DNA from: Chiloscyllium plagiosum
Lineage: Eukaryota
Direction: 5' to 3'
DNA: 22,804 nucleotides
Assembly (NCBI RefSeq): GCF_004010195.1
Contig: NC_057720.1
Location: 35,266,711-35,289,514 of the forward strand
The translations under genes were made by a program, and so were the position numbers. Below the pieces are notes generated by a model. That model made no database searches, was not told where the DNA came from, and saw nothing but the letters and a program-made list of their open reading frames with translations. This document shows positions 1 through 12,176 of this stretch, piece by piece; positions within the stretch are counted from its first letter, which is position 1, and every line of letters begins with the position of its first letter.

Positions 1-817
1 AATCAGCAAGTTTGGACATGTTACAACATACCTCCACAGCAAGTAGGTACAATCAACATATCAAATTAACATATTAACTAAAACTTTTAAATTGTTATCT
101 GAAATGTTGCATCATTCTACACCATGAGCAAACTCTTCCATATTGTATACATTTTTTTCATTCAAGATGACAATTTTGGCTGTGGATAAGAGAGCAAACT
201 ATGATATATCAATCAGCCTCACATCATATATTGCTGCGTTTTTTTTCCTGTTTATTGACTTAAATGTCACAAAATTACCTAGCAGCAGATCCAATATCAC
301 TTATTTCACTCTATTACCCAAAGCAACTCTCGTAGTTAGTCAATATGATTTCAGAAAAAGAGACATGTTTCAGCTTTCAAAGTAAATTTAATTTAGGATT
401 TATGACTTCAGGCAATATAGTTGAATAAATTATAACATTTGATGATGATGGACCTTCAATTAAAGATTAAAACGTTAGAAACCAAAAAATGGGTCAATCA
501 TCAGTTTAAGAATACCAATATATAGAGGCTGCTCCTTTGTTCTCATGGAAAACGGTTAACGAAGAATTGGAGTGGACTATCAAATCTTGAGCTTTATTAA
601 TATTAAGGGTTCACACCCTTTCCCAAGGACAGATGACATTCTGGTTATATTAATTATTTAATTCTTAACATACTACAATCAATTTTGTTTGGTCATCTGC
701 AATAAACAAAGTAAATTAAAATAAAAGAGTGATATTAACACCCAAAATAGTGATACCAAATAGGAAGAGGTCATGGATTATATACCTACTCAATTATGCT
801 TAACTTCAAAATCTAAA

Positions 818-1387
818 AGACCATACGACATAGGAGTGGAGGTAAGGCCATTCGGCCCCTCGAGTCCACTCCGCCATTCAATCATGGCTGATGGGCATTT
901 CAACTCCACTTACCTGCACTCTCCCCGTAGCCCTTAATTCCTTGTGACATCAAGAATTTATCAATCTCTGCCTTGAAGATATTTAGTGTCTCAGCCTCCA
1001 CTGCACTCTGCGGCAATGAATTCCACAGGCCCACCACTCTCTGGCGGAAGAAATGTCTCTGCATTTCTGTTCTGAATTTACCCCCTCTAATTCTAAGGTT
1101 GTGCCCACGGGTCCTAGTCTCCTCGCCTAACGGAAACAATTTCCTAGCGTCCACCCTTTCTAATAGTAACTTACCTTGTAAGTTACTATTAGATCTCCCC
1201 TTAATCTTCTAAACTCCAATGAATACAATCCCAGGATCCTCAGCCGTTCCTCATATGTTCATGCCAGGGATCATCCGTGTGAATCTCCGCTGGACACGCC
1301 CCAGTGCCAGTATGTCCTTCCTGAGGTGTGGGGACCAAAACTGGACACAATACTCCAAATGGGGCCTAACCAGAGCTTTATAAAGTC
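818..1387 (-). mobile_element. CR1 LINE 3' fragment (ORF2 C-terminus + 3' UTR), with internal deletions
   Basis: Minus ORF 900..1154 'LFPLGEETRTRGHNLRIRGGKFRTEMQRHFFRQRVVGLWNSLPQSAVEAETLNIFKAEIDKFL' is the typical CR1 ORF2 C-terminus. Upstream minus sequence reads '[16 protein letters not shown]' (~1328-1376). Confidence 0.92.
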
Positions 1388-1389
1388 TT

Positions 1390-2086
1390 TATAATGGGAC
1401 GATAGCAAACACCTCCCCTTGGAGTCACATTTCAAGTTGATCTAAGTGGTATTGATGCTGTTGCAGGGTATCTTTGTGTCACAAAGCTGGACTCTTTTTT
1501 TCCTAAAAGCTGTTCCTTGGTAATTAACCGGGCTGGGCTCCAAACAGTCTGGTGTGGTACAGAGATGAAAAGGATTTTGAGAGGCCTTTTGTTTATATGT
1601 ACACAGATGAGACTTCAGGCCAAAGTGGTCATGTTTTAGAAGTGACCTGTATAATGAAAGGGGAGTGGTCATTTCTTTAGCTAGGCTGAGTAGTTTTAGT
1701 TCAGTCTTGAACTGGGAAGTTCAACAGGGAGCAGTGTGGAAACTCTCTCTCTCTCTTTCTGCCCTTTAACTTCAACCTGTAAGCATGTGTTCTACTTATA
1801 CTGTTTTTTAAAGGGAATTTGCTTATTGGGACTGTTGTGTATATTCGGAACAGCATAAGTAAGTCTAGTTGGATAGGTTGGGTTCTGTAGGGGCTCCTTA
1901 TTCTGTTCTTTGTGTCTCATTATGTAATTTTGTGAATAAATTTTTGTCTAGTTTAAAATCTAGTAGTCAACCTAGCTATCTTACTCGGGTAATTTGCACT
2001 GTACAGTTATTGAAACAAATTGCAAAGTTATGGTCTGGGGCTGCCTGTTTAAGAATGTTTTGAGTGGTCTGGCCTAGTCTGTAACA
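1390..2086 (+). mobile_element. Probable solo LTR
   Basis: ~700 bp non-coding segment ending in ...TGTAACA (2080-2086), with an internal (CT)n tract (~1743-1759) and AATAAA (~1935). The 5' end (TATAAT for TGTAAT?) abuts the CR1 break. No clean TSD. Confidence 0.45.
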
Positions 2087-2127
2087 TTTGGGATGATAGG
2101 AAGTAGTGAGAATTGTCAAGATGTTTT

Positions 2128-2143
2128 ACACACACACACACAG
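2128..2143. repeat. (CA)n microsatellite
   Basis: acacacacacacaca seen directly. Confidence 0.85.
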
Positions 2144-3399
2144 ACTCTTTTGTGAACCTGTCCTGATTGTGGCTCAGTAACAATCAGAACACAGCCACAC
2201 ATGGGACATTGATCCAGGGAATGATCAGCAAATGCAAACAAGTATTCTAAGAAACACATTCCTGTCATTTCTGTCAGTACCATAGTTAACATGCATTCAA
2301 AATTATTCACTCTCTCCATAACTGTAGAAGGTCCTATTGGCAATGATTCCATGTGCATATTAATCGTGAGCTGGTGTCATATATGCGGGTCAGATATAGC
2401 AATGAAAACAACAGGAAGATTTTGATTTGCTTAATCACTGTCACATGTACTGAGATACAGTGAAAAGTATGTATTGTGTGCTAAATTACACCTTTTGCAA
2501 GTACACTTTTACACACAAAAATAAGAACCAACGTCTTATTCTGAGAAAAAAAACCTTTAATCCTAGCAGGACAACAACGTCTTACATAAATGAAAGCATT
2601 AGTAATATCACCAGGCAGCCTCCATCGTCATGTCTACAATTTATTATCATTCCGTGGTGTTACCTGGGCTAAAACCTGTCTTTGCCAATAGTTCAAAGCT
2701 GAAGAATCAGCTGCTCATTTTACTCTATACCATTTGAAAAACGAGATGACAATTTACTATGAGCTCATGTTGTACAAGGATGAGAATTAAAGTCATGCCA
2801 CTGTCCTCCAGTTATTTGCACACATATATTTCTTGCAACACTGGAGCCACTGAAAGCCACTTTCTGTAGGGAGAAATCTTCTATCTTTCTAAACTGAGAT
2901 TCTTTAGCAGTCAATTAAAGACAAATTGAGTTTTGTTTTAAGGGCATTAGTTTCACTTTAAAGTGCAAGTGATGAAGCAAATTATTTTTATAAAGCTAAT
3001 TTTCATCTCCAGGTCTATGTCCGTTCTAGCTTGAATACTGAAATATAAATAGCATTCGATTCTCCAATTTTAATTTGTTAAAATATTAATAAAAATGAAT
3101 TAAATAAGTCCAAATCCAAGTTCTGTCATGTTCAGTGATTAAACCATTGTTAGGAAAGGAAAATGTTGCATAAATCAAATGTAAATGCAGTTTATGGACA
3201 AACCAATAAATAGTGACTCCTGGTCACTTCACTATGCCTTCTTTAATACAATGTATAACATCCAGCAATTGGATTGCTTCTCAAACCTGGTCAGCCAACC
3301 ATTCATATTTCTTCATGATACAATCAGAGGTCAGCCTGCACATTTTCCTCTGACCAGAGGATCATCCATCAGTATAGTATCTGACACAAAGGTAATTCA

Positions 3400-3700
3400 C
3401 AAAAAATAAAGTACCGCAGACACTGTGGGAAATACTCAACAAGACTCAACAGATCTTTCAGCATCTGGGGAGAGAGAAACAGAGTTAACATCAATAACCA
3501 TTGGTCAGTCCAGGAGACATTTCAGATAAACAGATTAGAGTGAGTACAGGAAAAGAATAACAAAGAGGTCAGTGATTGAGTGGCAAGCATGCAAATGCTA
3601 AATGTTGAAAATGATGGTGCATTAAGGCAAAATGAAATGATAATGAGAGAAATTAATCCAATAAAAGCTGCAGTCAGAAGATCTGTGAATGGTCAAAGCT
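3400..3700 (-). mobile_element. Highly decayed PLE-type 3'-end element
   Basis: 'cagcatctgggagagagaaacagagttaaca' resembles 18845-18873 'cagcatatgtggaaagaaagcagagttaata', followed by a purine-rich tract. Right boundary uncertain. Confidence 0.5.
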
Positions 3701-3887
3701 GAAAAGTGGAAGGTAATATGGAAGATACGGCAAAGTGAAGGAGACTTCCATGGAACAGGAATTTGGTGGAAGAAGGTTGGTGGAAATCATGAGGATCCAG
3801 TCAACTGTCTGTGTACCAATAAGTGATCTTGAGCTGAAAGTCCAGGACCCTCATATTCCCAGAAACATGCTACATCCATCTGACAAA

Positions 3888-4910
3888 GAACTGGTTGAGC
3901 AACAGGAGACAGAGAGTAGTAGTTGAAGGGAGTTGAAGGAAGTGACAAGTGGTGTTCTACAGGGATCAGTGGTGGGGCCACTGTTGCTTGTGATATACAT
4001 AAATGATCTGGAAGAAGGCACTGCTGGTATGATCAGCAAGTTTGCAGATGACACAAAAATTGGTGGAATAACAGAAAGCATAGGGGACTGTCAAAGAATA
4101 CAGGAGAATATAGATAGACTGGAGAGTTGGATGGAGATGTGGCAGATGGAGTTCAATTGGGGCAAATGTGAGATAATGCATTTTGGAAGGTCTAATTCTA
4201 GAGTGAGTTATATAGTAAACGGAAGAGTCTTGAGAAAAGTTGATGAGCAGAGAGACTTGGGATTGCTGCACAGGTGGATAGAGTGGTCAAGAAGGCATAT
4301 GGTATGCTTCCCTTCATCGGACGGGGTTTTGAGTATAAGAGCTGACAGGTCATGTTAAAATTGTACAAGACATTGGTTTGGCCACATTTAGAATACTGTG
4401 TACATTTCTGGTCGCCACATTACCAAAAGGATGTGGACGCTTTGGAGAGGGTGCAGAGAGGATGTTGCCTGGTATGGAAGAGAGGTTGAGTAGGTTATGA
4501 TTATTTTCATTAGAAAAAAGGAGATTGGGGGAGGACCTGATTGAGGTCTACAGAATTGTGAAGAGTATAGACAGGGGAGATAGAGATAAGCTTTTTCCCA
4601 GGGTGAAGGATTCAATAACTAGAGGTCACGCTTTCAAGGTGAGAGGTGAAAGGTTTAAGGGGGAATACACGCGGCAAGTACTTTCACAGAGGGTGGGTAG
4701 GTGCCTGGAACATGTTGCCAGCAGAGGTAGTAGAGGCAGGCACAGTAGATTCATTTAAGATGTGTCTGGATAGATGCATGAGTAGGTGGGCAGCAGAGGG
4801 ATACAGATGCTTAGGAATTGGGTGACAGCTTTAGACAGTGGATTTGGATCGGCTCAGGCTTGGAGGGCCAAAGGGCCTGTTCATAGGCAGTAAATTTTCT
4901 TTGTTCTTTG
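3888..4910 (+). mobile_element. CR1 LINE, 5'-truncated (RT core to 3' end), frameshifted
   Basis: 'SGVLQGSVVGPLLLVIYINDL...ISKFADDTKIGG' RT motifs (ORF 3933..4358), '[13 protein letters not shown]', 'TRGHAFKVRGERFKG', and a tail 'ttttctttgttcttt'. Confidence 0.95.
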
Positions 4911-4922
4911 ACACTACCTGGT

Positions 4923-5025
4923 AAGAAAAGCAAAATACTGTGGAAGCTGGAGATCTGAAATAAAACTAGAAAATCTCCACAAATGCTGCCAAACCTTTGA
5001 GTTTGTCAGCATTTTCTATTTTTAT
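4923..5025. mobile_element. Two short PLE-type terminal fragments in inverted orientation
   Basis: 'aaatactgtggaagctggagatct' is the reverse complement of the PLE end at 12679-12697 (atctccagcatctgcagt). 'ataaaactagaaaat' is inverted against 'attttctatttttat'. Confidence 0.5.
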
Positions 5026-5215
5026 GATATTACCTGGTGTTTGGGAAATTTAAATAGGAATCTTTTGACAGATTGTCTCCGATAAAAATTGCTTCAAGGA
5101 TTCTTTCCCAGCGGGTTTTGAGAGACCTTTCAGAGTCTTGGCATCCAACACAGTTGCAGGCTGGAAAATATTGGACTATTCTCCCACATCCTGTCTGCAG
5201 TTTTGAAATCCATAT

Positions 5216-5711
5216 CATAGGAGGGAGATGTGGTGGAGAGGGTGCAGAGATTGATCAGGATGTCACCTGGGCTGGAAAGTTCTGGTTATGAAGAGGAACT
5301 GGATAGGCTGGAGTTGTTTTCCTTGGAGCAGAGACTGGGCGGGACAATATTGAGACATATACAAGTATGTGGGGCATGGGTGGCATAGAAAGGAAGGAAA
5401 CTATCGCCTTGGTGCAGGGACCAATGACCAGGGGGTATGGATTTAAGATAAAGGGCAGGAGGTTTAAAGAGGATGTGATGAAAAGGTTTTTCACCCAGAG
5501 GATCATAGGAATCTGGAACTCACTATCTATAAAGGTGGTGAAAAAAACCCTCATAACATTTAAGAAGTATTTAAATGTACACTTGTGATGCCAAACTACA
5601 CAAGGCTATGGGCCAAATGCTAGAAAATAGAATTAGAATAGTTAGGTGTTTATTTTTGACTGGCACCAACTTAATGGGCCAATGGGCATTTTTCTACGCT
5701 ATAGACCTCTA
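5216..5711 (+). mobile_element. CR1 LINE 3' fragment (old)
   Basis: ORF 5367..5588 'MTRGYGFKIKGRRFKEDVMKRFFTQRIIGIWNSL' followed by a CR1-type 3' UTR. Confidence 0.9.
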
Positions 5712-7559
5712 AGATTATTTGATTCTCTGTTAAATATGAGAAACAAGGCCTGAACTGCAGGAGCTTTCTGCACTATGAGTGCAAACAGAACACCAAAGCA
5801 ATCAGATCTGATACCAGCATTGCATTAAATTCATGAAAATAATCAGAAGGTTAAGTAACGCTTTATTATAAGGAAAACTAAGGCAGATGATAATAAATTC
5901 AGGAAGTGATGAACTGAAAGGAAATTATGGAACAACATATAGTTCATGTTCAACGACAGCCTAGGGTAATGTATGAGGGAAACATTTGAATTGAAGCATG
6001 GAATCTCAACAAGTGCTACAGGGAGGAGTTGGCAGCAAGAGATAAAATTTCTCTCAGCAACACTTGGATTACAAGGTAAATAATAGGTAAACAAGGTGGA
6101 TTTAATAATTTCTTTTCATTCCTCGCTATTGACATTCTTAAATTCATGAGTGATATGACTAAACTTACATATGAAAGAGAAACCATCAGAAATGATTCAA
6201 CAGCATTTGCTTTTGGAAAGCAAAACAGGTTACAGAGCACTGGAACCAGTTTATGTTATTTAAAAACACTGAGGTTCTCATGGCATGTTTATATATTTAT
6301 ATGTGATGGCTTGCAAAAAGACAAAAAGCTATTTGTTAAAGGAATTGTTTGACTTTCTTTTCTTAACATCAAATATTGTCAGCTCATTTCTTTGTTTTAT
6401 TTAGTATATATCAAAGGAGCCTTTGGCCTCGGGGAGTAGCTGAACTATCCCGTCAAACTAGTTAATCTTGTGTCAACACATTTGTTTCACATTGTGTATT
6501 AATAAAAAGAAATCATAAAAATAAAATGCCACTTCAAAGCTGACTTTAAGCACTAGTCAGATCTCTTTAAAGCATCTCAGTTTAGTAGGGTCAAAGATTT
6601 CTACCCACTCTAAAGTGACCCTGACTAAAAATGTTATCAGAAATGTGAATATAAATACACAAAATGTGGAAACTCATTCTTTCCTCCACAGTCAGTTAGG
6701 CCATCTGCCCCCATATCAAGAGGCTATTAAATCTAAATTCCGTTTTAAAACTTAAAGGTGGGAATTGAAGTCGAATAGTTTTATTGAATATTTTAAAGAT
6801 CATAACATTCTTTAAAACTGGTGAAAGGAAGTTGCACAGAAAGCTACAAACTCTCAAAAGAGATCCCAATTTCAAATACCCTTAATAGCCCTGAGGTGAG
6901 CTGTAGGAAGAAGGAGTAACTACTCTGGCAAAGATTCCTTCTGAGAAATTGATGTAGAGTACGATGAGATGGGTTTTTTTCTCTCCTGTCCTTACCATGG
7001 TGCATTGTAATAAGATTCAATAATTTGCTTTTGTAAAAATGGACTGCATTGGGTATCCAAGTTATGACACGGGTTCATGTGCAATCCAGAAACTTGGGCT
7101 AACTAGCCCCCGAAACCCAGGCTATCACACTTTACATGCCAATAATTCTTATTAGCTCTTCTGCTCCATGTGAATTTTATCAACTGGAAAAGTCTGAAAA
7201 TCCTTGCATTTTTTATTAATTCCTAAATTGGAATATCAAGCCTTTAAGTATCTACAGTTGACAGATGCAAAATAATGGAATGATGGCAAGCACATAATTA
7301 GGCTTCCAGCACTTGTCGAGGAACAATCTGCATGCAAATTTAAAGGACATTTTAAACTATGATCATTACACTTCAAAATAAAAAATCAATCCAATGACAT
7401 TCTCTGCAGTCTGAAGGACCAGTGATTCTGATGAGATGTACTATTTATAGCTCCCAGTTGGAGTCTGATCTCCAAATAACAAACGCACACTATTGCCACA
7501 TAATCAAAGCTACCAAACAAATGTCCAGAATTGGTAATGACACTAGCAGTAAATAGACA

Positions 7560-7915
7560 GAAGGAATTTGCATTTATGTTGTTCCTGTCTTGACCTCAGG
7601 ATGTGTCAAAGTGCTTGACTGCCAAGCATTTTTAAAGTACACTCACTATATCAATATAATGAATTTGGCAGCTACCTTGTGTTTAGCAAGGTCTCACAAA
7701 CACAACAATGAAATAAATTAGCAGGCTATCTTAGTTAAGAGATAAATGATAGGACTTCTGACCCTTCATCAAAACATACGGTGTAACCTTTTATACCCAC
7801 CTAAGTGGGCAGACAGGAGCTCAGTATAAAGTCTCATCCAAAAAAAACACACTTCTAACACTGGAGAACTCCCTCAATGCTGTGCCTGAATGTAGTACTT
7901 GATGCTGTGCTCACA
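7560..7915 (-). mobile_element. Ancient SINE, DeuSINE (SacSINE1/AmnSINE1-like)
   Basis: Decayed 'cccacctaagtgggcagacaggagctcagtataaagtctcatccaaa...actccctcaatgctgtgc' and 'ttgcatttat...cctcaggatgtgtcaaagtgctt' resemble the Deu domain and tail as remembered; not aligned. Confidence 0.55.
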
Positions 7916-8807
7916 TGTTGAGAAGTGAAGGAAGACTGCATATATCTACAATGTATGCTGAAAACTGTGTGCTAGTGTATGCCAGGTTAATTATTTGTTT
8001 TTGCATCAGTGGCTTATTTTCAGCGCTGTTATTAAATGTCAGTTTTGGGTTGGTGTAGGAATGTGTCAGCTTTTATGAAGTTGTTGATTAACTTCGGTCA
8101 GTCCTCTAGCTTGGCAAACATGATGAGGAAATACCTATACCTGGAGCATACACTTCTTAAGTGGAATTTGATCTGTCCAAGTTTGCTGTCATATTAAAAA
8201 TTCGTACATTTTTTAAGTCTGTGGGCATTGTAGAGATCAAATATCTTGATCTAACTTTTTAATCAAAATCCAGAGAAGCTCTGTTGGCAAATAAAGCTTT
8301 AAGTATCATTTAAGAAATTATAAAGTTTAGATATTGAGTTTAATGTGATTGTATACTGAAATGGGGATGGGAATCTTATTTTGAAACATGATGTCATGTA
8401 TAGGGTACTTGCCAATAAACATGGAGAAAGAGAGTAAATTCCAAGGATCCAATTTAAAAACCGCAGGAGACACAAAAGCTTTACTCTTAACAAAGGATAC
8501 ATTGTAAAGACTTCATCATTGCAGCTGGTAACAATCCAAACCTGATGAGCAATTGACCGCTTCAATACACTGTCTCTCATTGCCTTCCACCCCTCCTCCA
8601 TCAAAATAAACAGCATTTAAAGATTCACAACACAACAGTACTAACTTAGAAATCAAGTTCTGCTGATAAATATTGGTTTGCTATTGATAACTTATCTCTA
8701 ACCCATCATACTCGAAATTGTTAAAAGGACATAGAGTCCAGCATCTAATTCTAAGCAGTAATTAAGACATTTTGGCTTTTAGTACTCAGGTTATACCACA
8801 CAAAAGA

Positions 8808-8922
8808 GGGCTGTTGTGGTGCAGTGGTAGTGTCACTGCCTCTGGACTAGGATGACAGGCTCAGGTCCCACTTGTGCCAAAGCTGTCCCGCATGGGGTCT
8901 GAATAGATAGATTAAAAATATC
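8808..8922 (+). mobile_element. Short tRNA-derived SINE
   Basis: A-box-like TGGTGCAGTGG, decayed B-box GGCTCAGGTCCC, 3' end 'tgaatagatagattaaaaatatc' shared with 9033-9137. Confidence 0.6.
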
Positions 8923-9032
8923 CATATCAATCAAAAGCAGTCAGATATTGTGGTATAAGACTGTACATAGCTACTTTCCAAACAGTTGACCCATGCTAAA
9001 TTCCCAACCACTGTGCTCTGCACAACTTTGAA

Positions 9033-9137
9033 GGTCAGTGGTAGTGACCCTGTTCTGAGTCAGAAGGACTGAGTTCAAGAGCCATGTTTTTCCTGACATG
9101 GGTCAGAACATACCTGAACAGATTGATTAAAAATATC
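9033..9137 (+). mobile_element. Short tRNA-derived SINE, second copy
   Basis: 'cagtggtagtg...tctgagtcagaaggactgagttcaag' and 3' end 'tgaacagattgattaaaaatatc'. Confidence 0.55.
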
Positions 9138-9415
9138 TGCACCAAGCAAAATGAGAAGCTGCCTTTCTAATTCATTGGATTTTATGACCGTAACAGTTCA
9201 TTAGAAGTGCTCATAATTATAGCTCTGTGCATTTAGTATTATCTAGCTGAGTCATACAGACCAATAAAATCTCCTGATATTTATTACTCAAGGTTACTTG
9301 CAGCATCTATCTTAACTGTAATGTCACCCAAAGTTGAAAAGCTTGATAATTTCTACTCTTAGGAGGCTCACACATGAATAACTGCCATTGCTATGGAACA
9401 AGTAGCAGAAGTCAT

Positions 9416-9540
9416 GGAGGTATTGTGGCACAATGAGCAGCATCCCTACCTCTGAGGCAGTCATCTTGGATTCAAGTCCCACTCCACTTGATGGCTAAGG
9501 AAGACGTGTGCAAAACACTTGAGTATCAACCTGTAAATTC
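9416..9540 (+). mobile_element. Short tRNA-derived SINE, third related copy
   Basis: TGTGGCACAATG...CCCTACCTCTGAG...GGATTCAAGTCCCAC (A/B box spacing). Confidence 0.55.
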
Positions 9541-9555
9541 TTCTGACACACACCT

Positions 9556-9600
9556 GTAGAAAGACTTGACAGACTGGATGAGTGGGCAAATACTTGGCAA
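9556..9600 (+). mobile_element. CR1 LINE 5' piece, split off by the PLE insertion
   Basis: 'gacagactggatgagtgggcaaatacttggca' = DRLDEWANTWQ, which continues as 'QYNVDKCEVIHLG' at ~12726. Confidence 0.8.
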
Positions 9601-10746
9601 AGTCGGGAATGTGGTGTTGGAAGAGCACAGCAGGTCAGGTAGCATCCAAAGAGCAGGAGAATCGATGTTTCAGTCATAAGCCCTTCGTCAGGAATGAGGC
9701 TTGTGGGCCGGGGCGGGGGTTAGCTGAGAAATAAATGGGAGGTGGGGTGGGGTTGGGTAGCTGAGAATGCGATAGGCACATGAAGGTGAGGGAGAAGATG
9801 GTGGGTCAGAGAAGAGGGCGGAGTATATAGATGGGAAAAGTGATGGACAGGTCAGGAGGGCGGTGGGGAGTTGGAGGCTTGGGACTTGGATAATGTGGGG
9901 GGAGGGGAAATGAGGAAACTGGCGAAATCCATATTAATTCCCGTGTGGTTGCAGGGTCCCAAGGGGGAATATGAGGCATTCTTCCTCCAGGCGTCAGGTG
10001 GTAAGGGTTTGGTAATAGAGGAGCCCCAGGACCTGCATGTCCTTGGTGGAGTGGGAGGAGGAGATGAAGTGTTCAGCCATGGGGTGGTGGGGTTGGTTGG
10101 TGCGGTTGTCCCAAAGATGTTCTCTAAAATGATCCACAAGGAGGCGTCCTGTCTCCCCGATGTAGAGGAGACCACATCAGGTGCAACGAATACATTAGAT
10201 GACATAGAGGTACAGGTAAAATTTCTGTCGGATCCCTTGGGGTCTTGGACAGAGGTGAGGGGAGTGGTGTGGGTGCCGGTTTTGCACTTCCTGTGGTGGC
10301 AGGGGAAAGTACCAGGAGTGAAGTGTGGGCTAGTGGGCGGGTGGTGTAGATCTGATGAGGGAGTCGTGGAGGGAATGGTCGCTCCAGAATGTGGATAGGG
10401 ATGGGGAAGGAAAAATATATCTGGTGGCAGTGCTCATTTGTACATGGCGGAAGTGGTGGAGGATGACGCAATGAATGCAGAGGTAGGTGGGGTGGAAGGT
10501 GAGGACCAGTGGCATTCTCTCCTTGTTGCGTTGGGAGTGGTGGGGTTCAAGGGCAGAGGTGCAGGAAGTGGAGAGATGTGCTGGAGGGTGCCGACGACCG
10601 TATGGGAAGGGAAATTGCGATCTAGGAAAAAGTAGGCCATCTGGGATTTTCTGAGGTGAAATTGGTCATCCTGGGAACAGATGTGGCAGAGGTGGAGGAA
10701 TTGGGAATAAGGGATGACATTTTTACAAGAGGTAGGGTGGGAGAGG
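9598..10746 (-). mobile_element. Penelope-like element copy A (RT C-terminus, GIY-YIG endonuclease, 3' UTR), decayed
   Basis: Minus-strand 'SHPTSCKNVIPYSQFLHLCHICS', 'PLVLTFHPT', 'FPCHHRKCKT', 'LLYIGETGR' (10147-10170). Reverse-complement homologue of ~11430-12678. Confidence 0.9.
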
Positions 10747-11822
10747 ACCCTTTCCCTCGCCTCCAATACACCACATCCACCTGGACACTCCATGCTAGCC
10801 ACCCTTGACCTCTTCATTTCAAACTGCTGCCTTAACATTGATTGCCTCAACCTGTCCACCCCTCTCACCCATTCCAACCTCCCATCCTCACAACGCCCTC
10901 CAACACCTCATCTTCACTATGGACATCAAGTCCCTGTACATATCCATCAGCCACGATGAAAGCCTCCAAGCCCTCCATTTCTTCCTCTCATACCGTCCCA
11001 ACCAGTACCCTTCCACTGACACCCTCATCCACCTGGCTGAACTGGTCCTCACCCTTAACAACTTCACCTTCTAATCCTCCCACTTCCTCCGAACCTAAAG
11101 GGTAACCATGCGCACCCGCAAAAACCCCAGCTATGCCTGCCTCTTTGTTGGATACATGAACAGTTCATTTTCCACAGTTACACTGGCACCACCACCACCT
11201 GTTCCTCCATTATATCGATGACTGTATCAGCACTACATTGTGCTCCCACGAGGAGGTTGAACTGTTCATCAACTTTACTAACACCTTTCACCCCAACCTC
11301 TAATTCACCTGGACCACCTCAGACACCTCCCTCCCCTTCCTAGGCCTCTCTATCTCCTTCTCTAGTGACTAGATAACCACAGACATCTACTACAAGCCCA
11401 CTGACTCCCACAGCTACCTAGACTACACCTCCTCCCAACCTACCTCCTGTAAAAATGCCTTCCCTTATTCCCAATTCCGCCACTTCCGCTGCATCTGTTC
11501 CCAGGATGACTGATTCCACCTCAGAAAATTAAAGACGTTCTCCTTCTTCCAAGATCGTAATTTTCCTTCCCATGTGGTCAACAATGCCCCCCATTGCATC
11601 TCCTCCACATCGCGCACCTCCACCCTTGAACCCCACCACTCCCAATGCAACAAGGAGAGAACTCCCCTGGTCCTCACCTTCCACCCCACCAATCTCCACA
11701 TCATCGCATCATCCTCCGCCACCTACATACGGACCCCACCAACAGATATATTTTTCCCTCCCCAGCCCTATTGGCATTCTGGAGAGACCATTCCCTCTGC
11801 ACCTCCCTCATCAAATTCACAC

Positions 11823-11823
<1 letters not shown>

Positions 11824-11870
<47 letters not shown>
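11824..11870. repeat. Poly-C homopolymer (~47 nt) next to an N at 11873
   Basis: Seen directly; length may be unreliable. Confidence 0.9.
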
Positions 11871-11872
<2 letters not shown>

Positions 11873-12040
11873 NCCACACCCCACTCCTGGCACCTTCCCC
11901 TGCCACCACAGGAAGTGCAAAACCTGCACCCACACCACTCCCCTCACCTCCATCCAAGGCGCCAAAGGATCCTTCCATATCTGACAGAAATTTACCTGTA
12001 CCTCCACCAATGTCATCTACTGTAGCCGTTGCACCCAATG

Positions 12041-12176
12041 TGGAGGCTTTCATCGTGGCTGATGGATGTGTACAGGGACTTGATGTCCATAGTGAAGATG
12101 AGGTGTTGGAGGGCGTTGTGAGGATGGGAGGTTGGAATGGGTGAGAGGGGTGGACAGATTGAGGCAATCAATGTTA
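12041..12176 (-). repeat. 136-bp inverted duplicate of 10833-10968
   Basis: Reverse complement matches with about 2 mismatches by eye. ORFs 10842 (+) and 11817 (-) share 'MPQ.VHPSHPFQPPILTTPSNTSSSLWTSSPCT.PSATMKAS'. Confidence 0.95.

Noticed and set aside
5034..5160. Possible minus-strand exon (tattttccAG ... GTAATA; ACNCVGCQDSERSLKTRWERILEAIFIGDNLSKDSYLNFPNT)
   Set aside because: Splice signals are plausible, but the peptide is unrecognised, the exon is 127 nt, it is wedged between repeats, and no compatible partner exon was found
8299..8616. 105-aa minus ORF in unique sequence
   Set aside because: No recognisable motif or splice structure; consistent with a random ORF
8808..9540. Functional tRNA genes
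   Set aside because: A/B boxes are decayed and no cloverleaf forms; these are SINE heads
11572..12167. Poly-Pro/poly-Gly ORFs in several frames
   Set aside because: These are translations of the poly-C tract within a decayed PLE
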